Shown piece after piece: positions 1 to 12,000 of a stretch of DNA of 64,000 nucleotides (position 1 is the stretch's first letter; every line of letters begins with the position of its first letter). Location of the stretch: positions 98,952,001-99,016,000 of the forward strand of contig OZ260662.1 in NCBI GenBank assembly GCA_965285935.1. The letters run 5' to 3'. The translations under genes and the position numbers were made by a program. The stretch comes from Ophelia neglecta. Lineage: Eukaryota. The notes beneath the pieces are model-generated. The model worked only from the letters and a program-made list of their open reading frames with translations, was not told where the DNA came from and searched no databases.

Positions 1-88
1 GTGATAAAGTTGCTCCTTGCTTAACATGGTTTTTATCGGAACAGCTCCCCGGGCATTATTTTCTCACTATAATCGATTCCATTTCTGG

Positions 89-888
89 GAAAGACTGAAG
101 GTGTGGAGCAGACTGCCGTTAAATCACCGGGCTTCAAACAGGATCCTAAACGAGGCAAAGGTTAAGTATGGACGCTATGTAAACTACTGTAGAACATGAA
201 CCGACGGACAGGTAATAACTCCACAAGGAAATACCAGTCAGGAAAAAAAACACAGGAAAGATGAATGTAACAAAAATAGAAACGGGAAGGGCCAGGTTAA
301 CGTGGTTTATAAGCTATTGCAAAACCCCGTGCACGTTGTGCTGGTTCATATATGTCCATTAAGTTGAGCACCAACAACTTTTCCAACACCTTTGACAAGT
401 AGGCAAGCTTGCCAACTAGCCTGCATTTTATGAAAGATTCATGATTATGTTTCCGAAGCTTCCTAGTTCTTAAAGACTGCTGGTCTAATTTGATACTTTA
501 AACACATGACAAGACGCCGTTTAATCAGAAGAATGCCAGGTACGCTCTGTTGAGGCTTTATATGAAAATAAAGGTATCCTACAAAACGACATTCTTCTAA
601 TCTGCAATTCCTATCACGGTATCTTTTAGTCATTAAAAAAATTGCAGAATGGAAATGACCACACCTTGTCAGTTATGTAATGACCATTTATATATTGACC
701 GGAACAGTAACTATTGGTGATTAAGTTGCTCCTAAGTTTACCTGGTTTTAATCGTAGCAGCTCATCCGGCATTATTTTCTCACTATAAACAATTCCATTT
801 CTAGGAAAGACTAAAGGTGTGAAGCAGACTGTCGCTAAATCACCGGGCATCAAAGCGGAACCTGAACCAGTGGATCAACCAAGCAAAG
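89..888 (+). pseudogene. Duplicated copies of TRPM exons 2 (89-160) and 3 (805-888)
   Basis: Identical or nearly identical to 3235-3306 and 3951-4034, but the exon-2 acceptor reads ctGG at 85-88 instead of ctAG. Confidence 0.55.
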
Positions 889-1195
889 GTAACGTGTGGA
901 CGCTAATATTTTACAAGTCGATAAAATTATTCCACTTGCTTCGAGGAATCAAATAAAGGATTTTATCAGGCAAGGGGAGAGAGAAAATAGATCAATGACA
1001 CTCTTTAAGACTGCTCATAGAACTAATCCAGGCTAATGATTTGCCAAATATCCACTCGATATTTTTATGTTTGTCACAAATGCCGGACGACTCCCAATAG
1101 GAAATAGGGGCGGTACTTCCTCGTTGGAATATAAGCTGAAGCAGCGATATCCAAATAATTCACTAGTAAATATGTAGTAGTTCAACCAGATCACT

Positions 1196-2075
1196 GTGCA
1201 ACAGCTTTATAGGTTTATAGGCATGAATCCAAACCGTCTCACAAGGAAAATATTTATTCTTGATCTAAATCTCGCCAATAATTTATTCAGACCAGTTTTT
1301 GAAAGTTTACAATTAGACTATATATTGTATGATAAACAACATTGTGATTTAAGTGTAGTGAATGCAAGATTTTTTGAAATTATGGAAGACAGCTAGAAGA
1401 CAGGGGTACAAGCCATGCCTTTATCTGTGAGAAATATGTGCAATGTAATATGGCTAAACAATATAGGAGTGCCTTGGCTCAATTCAGGTCTGGTATGTTG
1501 CCTTTAAACATTGAAATTGGCAGGTATAGGAATGTTAGGGTTGAAGATCGCTTATATGAATTGTGTGATTTAAATCATGTGGAAGACGAGTTTCACTTTT
1601 TATATATTTGTCCACGTTTTGATCAGATTAGAAAACAATTTTAAGACAATGTAAGTCAATTGTACCCTGATATATATAAACCAAAATATACAAAGCCAAT
1701 TCCAAATTATTAATATTAAATTTCAACATCATTTGGCTAAGTATATATTTCTGGCTCTCTCTCTTAGAAAGCAGATTTTGTTCACTGAGTGAATCTATTT
1801 ACCTTCAATTTAATGAGCCTTCTATTTACCTTCAAAATAGTTTTATATCACTGGTAGATGCTATTTATGTGTGATTTGATTCTCTGTATTCTCTGTTCTT
1901 CGTTTGGTGTGTGCGAGCATGGGGCCGCTATATTATTGTAACATATCTGTCATTTGAAGTGACGTATAAGCTCAGGCTGGCCTTGGTCAATTTGTTCCGA
2001 TACGTAATGTATTAATTTGTTGTATCGAGTTTGACATGTCACTATAATAAATGAAAATACATACATACATACATA
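1196..2075 (+). mobile_element. 5'-truncated non-LTR retrotransposon 3' end (RTE-X-like), copy 1
   Basis: LAQFRSGMLPLNIEIGRY…EDEFHFLYICP C-terminal Zn-finger region, AATAAA and (TACA)n tail. Confidence 0.8.
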
Positions 2076-2979
2076 GCACTAGAAGCCATTAAATCAGCAG
2101 ACTGTTTGATACGCTAGGTTTAATTTTAATTACTATTGGATGGATAACAATGGATCCTACAAAACGACAGACTTACAGTAAAGGATACCTATCGCCCTTT
2201 CCATAAAACATTACATAAAATGCATGATTGACATAACAACACCTGCTTAATAGGTGCATATCAATTTTAACTTAAAAAGAAGTGCCATACTTAAATCGAA
2301 GTATAGCACTTTAATTTAGGTATTATCCCTCCTTCTACACATCATGCCTCAAACAAAGTGTCCTACCTCATAGGGCGGTTTGTACTGGACCTGCTACCAC
2401 TTCGGTTGAACCAATTACAACGCCTCGCTTGAACTAACCCATACCACTACTATTGTGCCATCCGTGAAACATGTTAAAGTAGTAATTTCTAGCCTCTTTT
2501 AATACCAAATATCTCTATTATATTTTTTACTATTAGCTTCCATGATCTGCAAGCAAATCATCATAGAATAATTGGAGACGCGGTAACTGTTAATTTGTTG
2601 TCAACAATCCCTTTGCCTAGCGAAAAATTATTTGTGTGCGACTCAATACTTGATACTTGAGAAGCTTTTATTATAACGTAATATATATTTGAGACAATGT
2701 GGTGTGTTATTTTATATCGCATGTATATTTATGCACGACAGAACGTAATGATCACATCCAAACTAGCAGTCACAAGTAATGTAGGCACATGAAGCCTTTT
2801 TTTAAGAATAATTAAATGAAACATTAATAACAAGCTGATATACATATATCACTTCTCAAACTTTTTCTTTTTAAAAAATGCAATACTTGCGAATGCTTAT
2901 AGCTTTACTCAGCGGGGGTGCTCGGGGGTAGTAGACTGAGCCAATAATCAAACTTTGGTCAGACTTTAAGTGATACACC

Positions 2980-3052
2980 ATGCCTGGAACATCTGGATCC
3001 GCGTCAGCCCTGACAAAACAAAAAATAGCGGAAACGATGGATTGGACACAAA
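2980..3052 (+). CDS. TRPM-like copy A, putative first coding exon (MPGTSGSASALTKQKIAETMDWTQ)
   Basis: ACCATG context, in-frame TGA 9 nt upstream, phase-1 donor GTTCGC (similar to the GTTCGT donor at 5669) that matches the phase of the next exon. Confidence 0.45.
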
Positions 3053-6000
3053 GTTCGCTAACTTAATTTTCAAAATAGAGATTGTAATTGCCTTATTCAG
3101 AATATCTGAATTGCCAAAAGGGTGCTGGCCAAAACAGTCACTATTGGTGATAAAGTTGCTCCTTGCTTAACATGGTTTTTATCGGAACAGCTCCTCGGGC
3201 ATTATTTTCTCACTATAATCGATTCCATTTCTAGGAAAGACTGAAGGTGTGGAGCAGACTGCCGTTAAATCACCGGGCTTCAAACAGGATCCTAAACGAG
3301 GCAAAGGTTAAGTATGGACGCTATGTAAACTACTGTAGAACATGAACCGACGGACAGGTAATAACTCCACAAGGAAATACCTGTCAGGAAAAAAAACACA
3401 GGAAAGATGAATGTAACAAAAATAGAAACGGGAAGGGCCAGGTTAACGTGGTTTATAAGCTATTGCAAAACCCCGTGCACGTTGTGCTGGTTCATATATA
3501 TCCATTAAGTTGAGCACCAACAACTTTTCCAACACCTTTGACAAGTAGGCAAGCTTGCCAACTAGCGTGCATTTTATGAAAGATTCATGATTATGTTTCC
3601 GAAGCTTCCTAGTTCTTAAAGACTGCTGGTCTAATTTGCTACTTTAAACACATGACAAGACGCCGTTTAATCAGAAGAATGCCAGGTACGCTCTGTTGAG
3701 GCTTTATATGAAAATAAAGGTATCCTACAAAACGACATCCTTCTAATCTGCAATTCCTATCACGGTATCTTTTAGTCATTTAAAAAATTGCAGAATGGAA
3801 ATGACCACACCTTGTCAGTTATGTAATGACCATTTATATATTGACCGGAACAGTAACTATTGGTGATTAAGTTGCTCCTAAGTTTACCTGGTTTTAATCG
3901 TAGCAGCTCATCCGGCATTATTTTCTCACTATAAACAATTCCATTTCTAGGAAAGACTAAAGGTGTGAAGCAGACTGTCGCTAAATCACCGGGCATCAAA
4001 GCGGAACCTGAACCAGTGGATCAACCAAGCACAGGTAACGTGTGGACGCTAATATTTTACAAGTCGATAAAATTATTCCACTTGCTTCGAGGAATCAAAT
4101 AAAGGATTTTATCAGGCAAGAAGAGAGAGAAATTAGATCAATGACACTCTTTTAGACTGCTCATAGAACTAATCCAGGCTAATGATTTGCCAAATATCCA
4201 CTCGATATTTTTATGTTTGTCACAAATGCCGGACGACTCCCAATAGGAAATAGGGGCGGTACTTCCTCGTTGGAATATAAGCTGAAGCAGCGATATCCAA
4301 ATAATTCACTAGTAAATATGTAGTAGTTCAACCAGATCACTGTGCAACAGCTTTATAGGTTTATAGGCATGAATCCAAACCGTCTCACAAGGAAAATATT
4401 TATTCTTGATCTAAATCTCGCCAATAATTTATTCAGACCAGTTTTTGAAAGTTTACAATTAGACTATATATTGTATGATAAACAACATTGTGATATAAGT
4501 GTAGTGAATGCAAGATTTTTTGAAATTATTGAAGACAGCTAGAAGACAGGGGTACAAGCCATGCCTTTATCTGTGAGAAATATGTGCAATGTAATATGGC
4601 TAAACAATATAGGAGTGCCTTGGCTCAATTCAGGTCTGGTATGTTGCCTTTAAACATTGAAATTGGCAGGTATAGGAATGTTAGGGTTGAAGATCGCTTA
4701 TATGAATTGTGTGATTTAAATCATGTGGAAGACGAGTTTCACTTTTTATATATTTGTCCACGTTTTGATCAGATTAGAAAACAATTTTAAGACAATGTAA
4801 GTCAATTGTACCCTGATATATATAAACCAAAATATACAAAGCCAATTCCAAATTATTAATATTAAATTTCAACATCATTTGGCTAAGTATATATTTCTGG
4901 CTCTCTCTCTTAGAAAGCAGATTTTGTTCACTGAGTGAATCTATTTACCTTCAATTTAATGAGCCTTCTATTTACCTTCAAAATAGTCTTATATCACTGG
5001 TAGATGCTATTTATGTGTGATTTGATTCTCTGTATTCTCTGTTCTTCGTTTGGTGTGTGCGAGCATGGGGCCGCTATATTATTGTAACATATCTGTCATT
5101 TGAAGTGACGTATAAGCTCAGGCTGGCCTTGGTCAATTTGTTCCGATACGTAATGTATTAATTTGTTGTATCGAGTTTGACATGTCACTATAATAAATGA
5201 AAATACATACATACATACATACATACATACATACACAGCACTAGAAGCCATTAAATCAGCAGACTGTTTGATACGCTAGGTTTAATTTTAATTACTATTG
5301 GATGGATAACAATGGATCCTACAAAACGACAGACTTACAGTGAAGGATACCTATCGCCCTTTCCATAAAACATTACATAAAATGCATGATTGACATAACA
5401 ACACCTGCTTAATAAGTGCATATCAATTTTAATTTTAGGAGAGCCAGATGATAAGTCCATAGCCGGACTGGAACAAAAAGTAATACAAACGGACGATCCA
5501 CCAGATAATGAAAACAGCCCAAACTTGCAACCGCGAGGAGGTCCGAGTCAGGACAAAGAGACAGAGGAGCTGGAAAAGAAAGGGAGGCCTGTTGAGGCTG
5601 AACTACTGAAGTCATCCGAATTATCTACGATCGTGACGCCAGATAAACTGTGTACTCTCTTTGAGGAGGTTCGTCCATATTGCCTGTTTTTACGTAATTT
5701 GTTTTGGAAATGTATTATATCTGCTTGTAAATATATTAAAGTATGACATTATTATGAATATTGTAAATTAGATCTTTATGGACACCAACAACTTGTCCAC
5801 ACTCTTTCTTCTACCGTTCTCAGTTAATTGAAAATAACCCAATTCCAACACATCGCAACACAATTGAGGTTCTGAAGGCGCTTGTAAAATTGAAGGACGG
5901 ACAGAAACCGGTAGGTAGAAATTGGCTGCTAAATGAGCGTCAGGTTTGACTTGTTTATGTTTAGAACTATTACAAGAGATATGCATATTATTTTAAGAAA

Positions 6001-9000
6001 TAGTCTTAATGTCTCTAACACTTGTTTTAACAGAGCAAAAAAACGCTCGACCAAATTGGGTCCATAATAGACACCAAGATAAGTAAGGAAGTATTGGACG
6101 TGTATTGTAAAGAAGGTGAGTTAGCTTGTAATAATTATGGATATAAGATTATAATCTTTGTCAATATCCTAGGACCCCACAGATAGTAAATGAACTCGCA
6201 TTGGTATTTGTGGGCCTGCAGCTGGTGGTTCTAAAAATCACTACTTTCAAAATGCCATGTATTAATAGGGGTGGGCTGACATTTTTCCACTTGATTTCCG
6301 GTAGGTTTATCATTGTTCTTTAGCTTACATTAGGAATCTCATAAACATTTGAACTGTTGATTTTCTAGTCCCCCCCCCCTCACTCCTTAAGAAGCAGCTG
6401 GCTAAAATTAAGGCTTGTTTTTGTTCGAGCGCTTGATTTAATGATCGCAAGCATTAATTGAGGCTGAGTGAATGGGTATTGCCTGCTCTACTGACATGGG
6501 CCCAACCGCATTTTTCACCTAAGATTAAGCCGGTGTGTGATTTACAATTCATTTTCAGATACTATATATCTAGACTGCGACCTGTCAATATTTAAGAGCC
6601 TTGCTTTCTTGCCGCAGTTCTGAGATAATATAGTCCTACCTATTCACCTTATTCCTCCAAAATGGCTGGTACCTGTATATAGTTTGTTTGTGTGCTACAT
6701 GTCCTTCTTAAATTGTTGTTTCAATTGCTGTAATGGAAACCTCAACGTTTTCATTTCGGATGTAGAAAGGGAAGTTCGTGCTACATTCAGACTTCGGCTT
6801 ACATCCTGCAGAAAAAGTTAAGATTTCTCGTTATTCAGGTGAATGCGACGGGTCTGCATGTCGTCTTCCAGGCTTGGAATAGGGACTTTGGGCTTCTTCA
6901 GTCTAAACGCGAGGGGCCACACTGACGAGATGACAGTGCTTGTGGTGGAAGTCCTGTTTTTGGAGTCTTTCTAGACGCCTGTTTCATTATGTTCAAAGAA
7001 ATCGCTTCACCTCGCAGAAAAAACAACACACATAGTCTGTCCCTCTCAAAAAAGGTTCTGTTTTTAATAAACAATCATCATGTTGATCAGTACTTTAGCC
7101 CTGAATAGACGATGGTACTAAAGCTAAAAGGCCGTTTGACAGCTAGCCGACATGACAACAAAGGATATCACAGCTTCCGTGTTTCCTGTCAAACAGAGGT
7201 GCTCAGCTAGGCATTTCGTAAATGGTATAAACTTTTAAAAAGGGCTTCATCGTTGAAGACAGGGGAAAATACTTCCGGAATTAGTAATTCTTCCGCTCGA
7301 ATATGACAAATTCAAACAACTTTAAAACACTTGATTACGGTTTAATATGAGCCTTCAAAATATGTAATTCCCAATTCAGGCATGCGGCGATAATGCAGTA
7401 AAACATAAACTAGTAACGACACGATCTACTCAAATAAAAGATCCAAACCACACAAGGTACACATGAAATAAAGTTTTCTTTTCAAGCTAAAACTTGCCTT
7501 TACATTAAACACATTGGTTGCAAATGTTTTATCAGGACCACAATCAGGCCGGATTATTACCCTATACATTGAGCTGTTTTGCATTGATATTGGTTATGAT
7601 TTAAATATTTGGGTTAAAAACTGCTTCTCCTGCTCTCAACTGTTAGCAGGAACGTATGACAGATGTGGAATTTCTAGGATCAGTTAATTAAATTGATTAA
7701 GTTTTTCTTTAAAAGAGTTCCATGGGGAAAGTTATATATATATAAATATGTATTAGGAGTATGAATACATTTGAAAGGTATTTTTTTGCGGTTAGTATAC
7801 TGACACTATATGTTAGGTAGTCCTCATTAAATATTAAACACAGATATGGTTGGATGATGTATCGCACAACTCACTGACACACTTTCCCACACTATTAGGA
7901 TACAACAAAGTAGTTTAGGTTAGTCCTTGGAGCCCGAGAGGCCTCTACAATTCCTTTGTCCCAATTTTAGAAACGTTCTGGTTTCTGTGTTTGTTGATTA
8001 GGATTAGTACACAAAAGGCTAGTGGAGGTAAGGCAAACTTGCAAATGACATTGACGATATCGTCATCTGTATCATTGAATTCAGCCGGTATATGCTCCAC
8101 GGATAGGGCCTTTAAGGGAATTCGACTGTAGACAGGTGTTGCTATAGTTGCTACCATTTTGTAAAAGGATGATATTAAACTTAATGTTATAAAAGACTTG
8201 CTGGTTTTTAATGACCACCGCGAATATGTCTACACCGAAATTGATATAACTTTATATGAACTTGGCCATAATACAGAAGTGGGTGTCACCTATCTTCCTC
8301 CGAACACCGACAATTCTGTATTGAATGGAAATCAACGCAATGTCCCCTCAATGCTTAAAACTGAGTCTAAATCTTACTATTAATTGGCAGACTTAAGTAT
8401 AGTTAATGACGAAGTCACCCCAAAACTTCAAACTTAATTGACCTTATGTTTAGCCACTCATTGTTACCTTCCATCCTTCTATGAACAAGCCGACAAGGAT
8501 TACTAGATTTACAGCTTCCTTGTAGTGCTTTAAACGGCATCCTAGTTCCAGATACCACTGATCATTATCCTGTTTTCATTCTCAATATTCTTGGCTCCCG
8601 TTGAATAATAAGAAATACTGAACATCCTAAACCTCTCTTAGGATGTAGTCCCTGGCTAGGACTCAATATTCATATTCCAATGTTTTTGTGAGATATATCA
8701 AACCAGTTTTACCGCCAAAAACTCATATCATGAAACTTTCAGTAAGCGAATCTTCCCACAATAATTCAAACCTGCTAAAATCACCGCAATTTTCATGAGT
8801 GAAGACCGGAAATTATTGAATAACTATAGACTTGTCGCTTTCCGCCCTTTCTCTTTATAATTATTGGAAAAAAACTAATTTATAATCGTCTTCTTCTTTT
8901 ATTAACCAAAACGACATTTTAATAGGCCTCTACTTTGTATTTAGACGAATAAGTTCTTGCTCTGACACTTTTGGCGATAGAACTGTCAATAAAACTGTGA

Positions 9001-12000
9001 AATCCTACAATTCATATTTGGACATTTACATGAACATTAAAAAAGAAGCATTTCGTATAATAGCTGATTTTCCCCGGAAACAACCGTCTAAAAATGTGTT
9101 CCATAGAACTAATATTCTCTCCCTCAGCACTCCCTATTGTTATGCTCTCCAAATATTCATCTTTAAGGGCCGCAATTGCCTGGTCCCTGAAACTATCTCT
9201 TCCCTTCAGATGCATCGTTATAGACTGCTATACCTGCACGTACGAAAAATACTATTACAACTTTCTATGTATTCCCATTAATAAAGGTGTTTCTGTCAAA
9301 AACTGCCGAATTTTCGGCATTGTTTAGCTGTTAATATGATTACGGAAACTAGATTGGGTGGCAGACGGGCGCGGGCCGTCTTAGCAGTACTAGACCGGCG
9401 TCGACAGACCAGCTCTGTGAAAAGCATCTTTGGGAAGAGAAACATGTGTTTTCATCGTTTCAAGCCATGCTTATGACTTTAGAGCGGGATTTTACTGGGG
9501 CTATGCACCTATGTGTCTCCTTTGTATTGTCCTTTTCTCTTATGTGCAAAAATCCACGGTTCAAAGTGTTCAACACGCATTGCGTGATTATACGTTAATA
9601 TCTGACTGGGGAATGACAGTAGCTCTTGCCAGGTGCCAGCGTAATGGCTCGTGACGGGTCTCGACCGGTGGAACTGTATCCTCGGCTCCGGGCGGTCATA
9701 CCAGCGATTCTTGTACAATAAAACCCATTTTAAAGTCATTACTAAATTCAAAATCAACTTAAAGGCCGTATAAGCACATCTTTGCTTCCCCACCCTTTTG
9801 TCTTTATATCTGATTTATGTCTGTATTTGAGTCATCTTAGAATTATGTACATATCTGGGATGTTGTGTATAAAATAGACTTTTTTTTTCTGAAAACGGCA
9901 ATTAAAGTTACATATGTATAATTTAATCTTATTGTACTACCTGAAGTGCTGTTTCTATGGTGTTGGTATATTCAGCTGGCAAGAACGATTCATAGTGTAA
10001 ATATGTAAATAATGTAAAACAGCCATTATTGCAATATAGTTTTCAAATTCTGAAAGGACTGTAATATGTGCATTGCTAAGGGGACAAGTTTATCCATTAA
10101 ATTGACATCAATTTGTATTAGCAATATTTTTCGTCGTCATGAGTTTTTCCACTAAACATAAACTAATTTTAGCTGAATATTTGCCTTCTATCAGAATATA
10201 AAATAGGACTAATTTCGTTTGAGCCTTATCTTTGTATACAATTTGGTAAGGATGGACCAGTGAATAATATAAAATATGCAACTGGCAATGTAAGTACAAA
10301 GTAATTAAAATATAAGTTGCTCTCCACTGCAGAATGTGTTGTCAAGAAGACAATCGTTGTGGGATTGTTTTTCAATAGAGAACGTTTGGTGCGACATTGC
10401 ATTCTACAAGTAAAGTATCCAATAGGTAAGTTTGGGTCGTCATTCGTATGGGACAGGTTTTTTCCCATTTCTTTTTTCACAACAATGTTCTTCTATTAAT
10501 GAACTTTTTAATCTGGAGGATCTCTTTAAGAATGAAATCGAGCGTGGCGTGAATCTTTGCTCTTCGCCTATGAATTGGCTATGAAAAATTTCTACTGTTT
10601 AATTTCAACAGAAGCACCGTTTGCTGTATTTCATCCATAAATCACTTAAAACGTACTACACTTTTGACATAAATTCTTTGTTTCCACCAACGTCAAGCCA
10701 CCTTGCTGTTTGCGAGCGTTTACATATTAAAGCTGTATCATTTGCTGAAAGAACTAAACCATCGTACGTTTTATGAGGAGGCCGAACAAATAGCAAGGTT
10801 AGTTAGCTCAAGAACTGACAGGAAATGATAATGTTCTTAAAAATAATTCTTCTACATTATTGGATAACCAAGCAGATAAATAAGGTTTGAGTGGAATTCG
10901 TTCAGAAAACACATACATCAAGTCCATTGCTCAGTTTTGGATTACGACGCAATCATGGGAATTCTGGTAAATAGTGTATTGAGGGATATATTCGATACAT
11001 ACGGAAAAAGCAATATCCACTTCCATACAATACAAACAAAAATAACTGAAAGTCAAAAGAAATTAACACAAATTTCGGGAAACGCAAATCACTTAGAGCA
11101 TAAGTAAAATTGTCATTCATAGTAGAAGATCATAAGTTAAAAAGTTTGCCTTATATTTTCCCATTGTACCATTCCTACTGAGGGAATATGGGACTGACTA
11201 CACAACAATTTGTATGTCCATTTCACATCTAACATTCCAGAATATTCAACTTTCATATTTGTCCCATTCGCAGCTCGATTGTCCTATTGATATTTAGAAT
11301 CCGAATTGATCTACCATAAGTGTTTCCTGCAGTAGATGAACTACATTTTATGGTTTTAAATAGGCCGTACATAATATAATTTGGTTATTATAACAATAGA
11401 ATTCAATGAAATCAAACCTCTAATAGTATATCTCAGTTGCATCTGTAACGGTATTATGTGCATAGTGTACATTGCATTAGGATTAATCAGCTTCCTGGTT
11501 TTGGATATAAAGTATTACTTCATATCTTCTTTGAAGTTGGAAAAAAATGTGTGTTTTTAAAGAGTTCTTCATTAATTTACGTGCCCAACAATAGGGTTAT
11601 CTAATTGTCTGCTAAATGAACATCATTCTCTTGAACTAATATTGTAGAAATACAGCCATAGGCCGACGTAAATTGTAGGCCTATGTTGACAAATATAGTT
11701 TATTATTCAGTTTATATACATCCTTACGGGAGTGACTTTGTCTCAAAAAAGTTTTTTCTTATTCATCCATGTATTTAAAAGGTTAAAGCAGCAGTTAGTA
11801 TGAGGTGTAATATATTCTATAGAAAATAGATAATTCCTTTTCCAGATTAAAGCAGCAGTTAGTATGAGGTGTAATATATTCTATAGAAAATAGATAATTC
11901 CTTTTCCAGATGCTACATAGAAACAACATCTGACTGGTCTCATATTGTATTTACTTACAGAAGGCTGAAAATATTAGCTGCTCTAGTGCTAGACAAATGT

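Larger units (their letters stand above)
1..5432. repeat. Near-identical tandem segmental duplication, period 3146 bp (1-2270 equals 3147-5432)
   Basis: ORF pairs are offset by exactly 3146; the copies differ only by scattered substitutions and (TACA)n length. Confidence 0.97.

Noticed and set aside
193-295. Extra micro-exons at 193-211 and 256-295
   Set aside because: The implied introns are very short, pyrimidine tracts are poor, and the phases do not fit.
6670-7000. Interrupted minus-strand reading frame (LKKPKVPIPSLEDD…TLRFPLQQLKQQF), possible transposon protein
   Set aside because: It contains stops and no motif I can assign with confidence.
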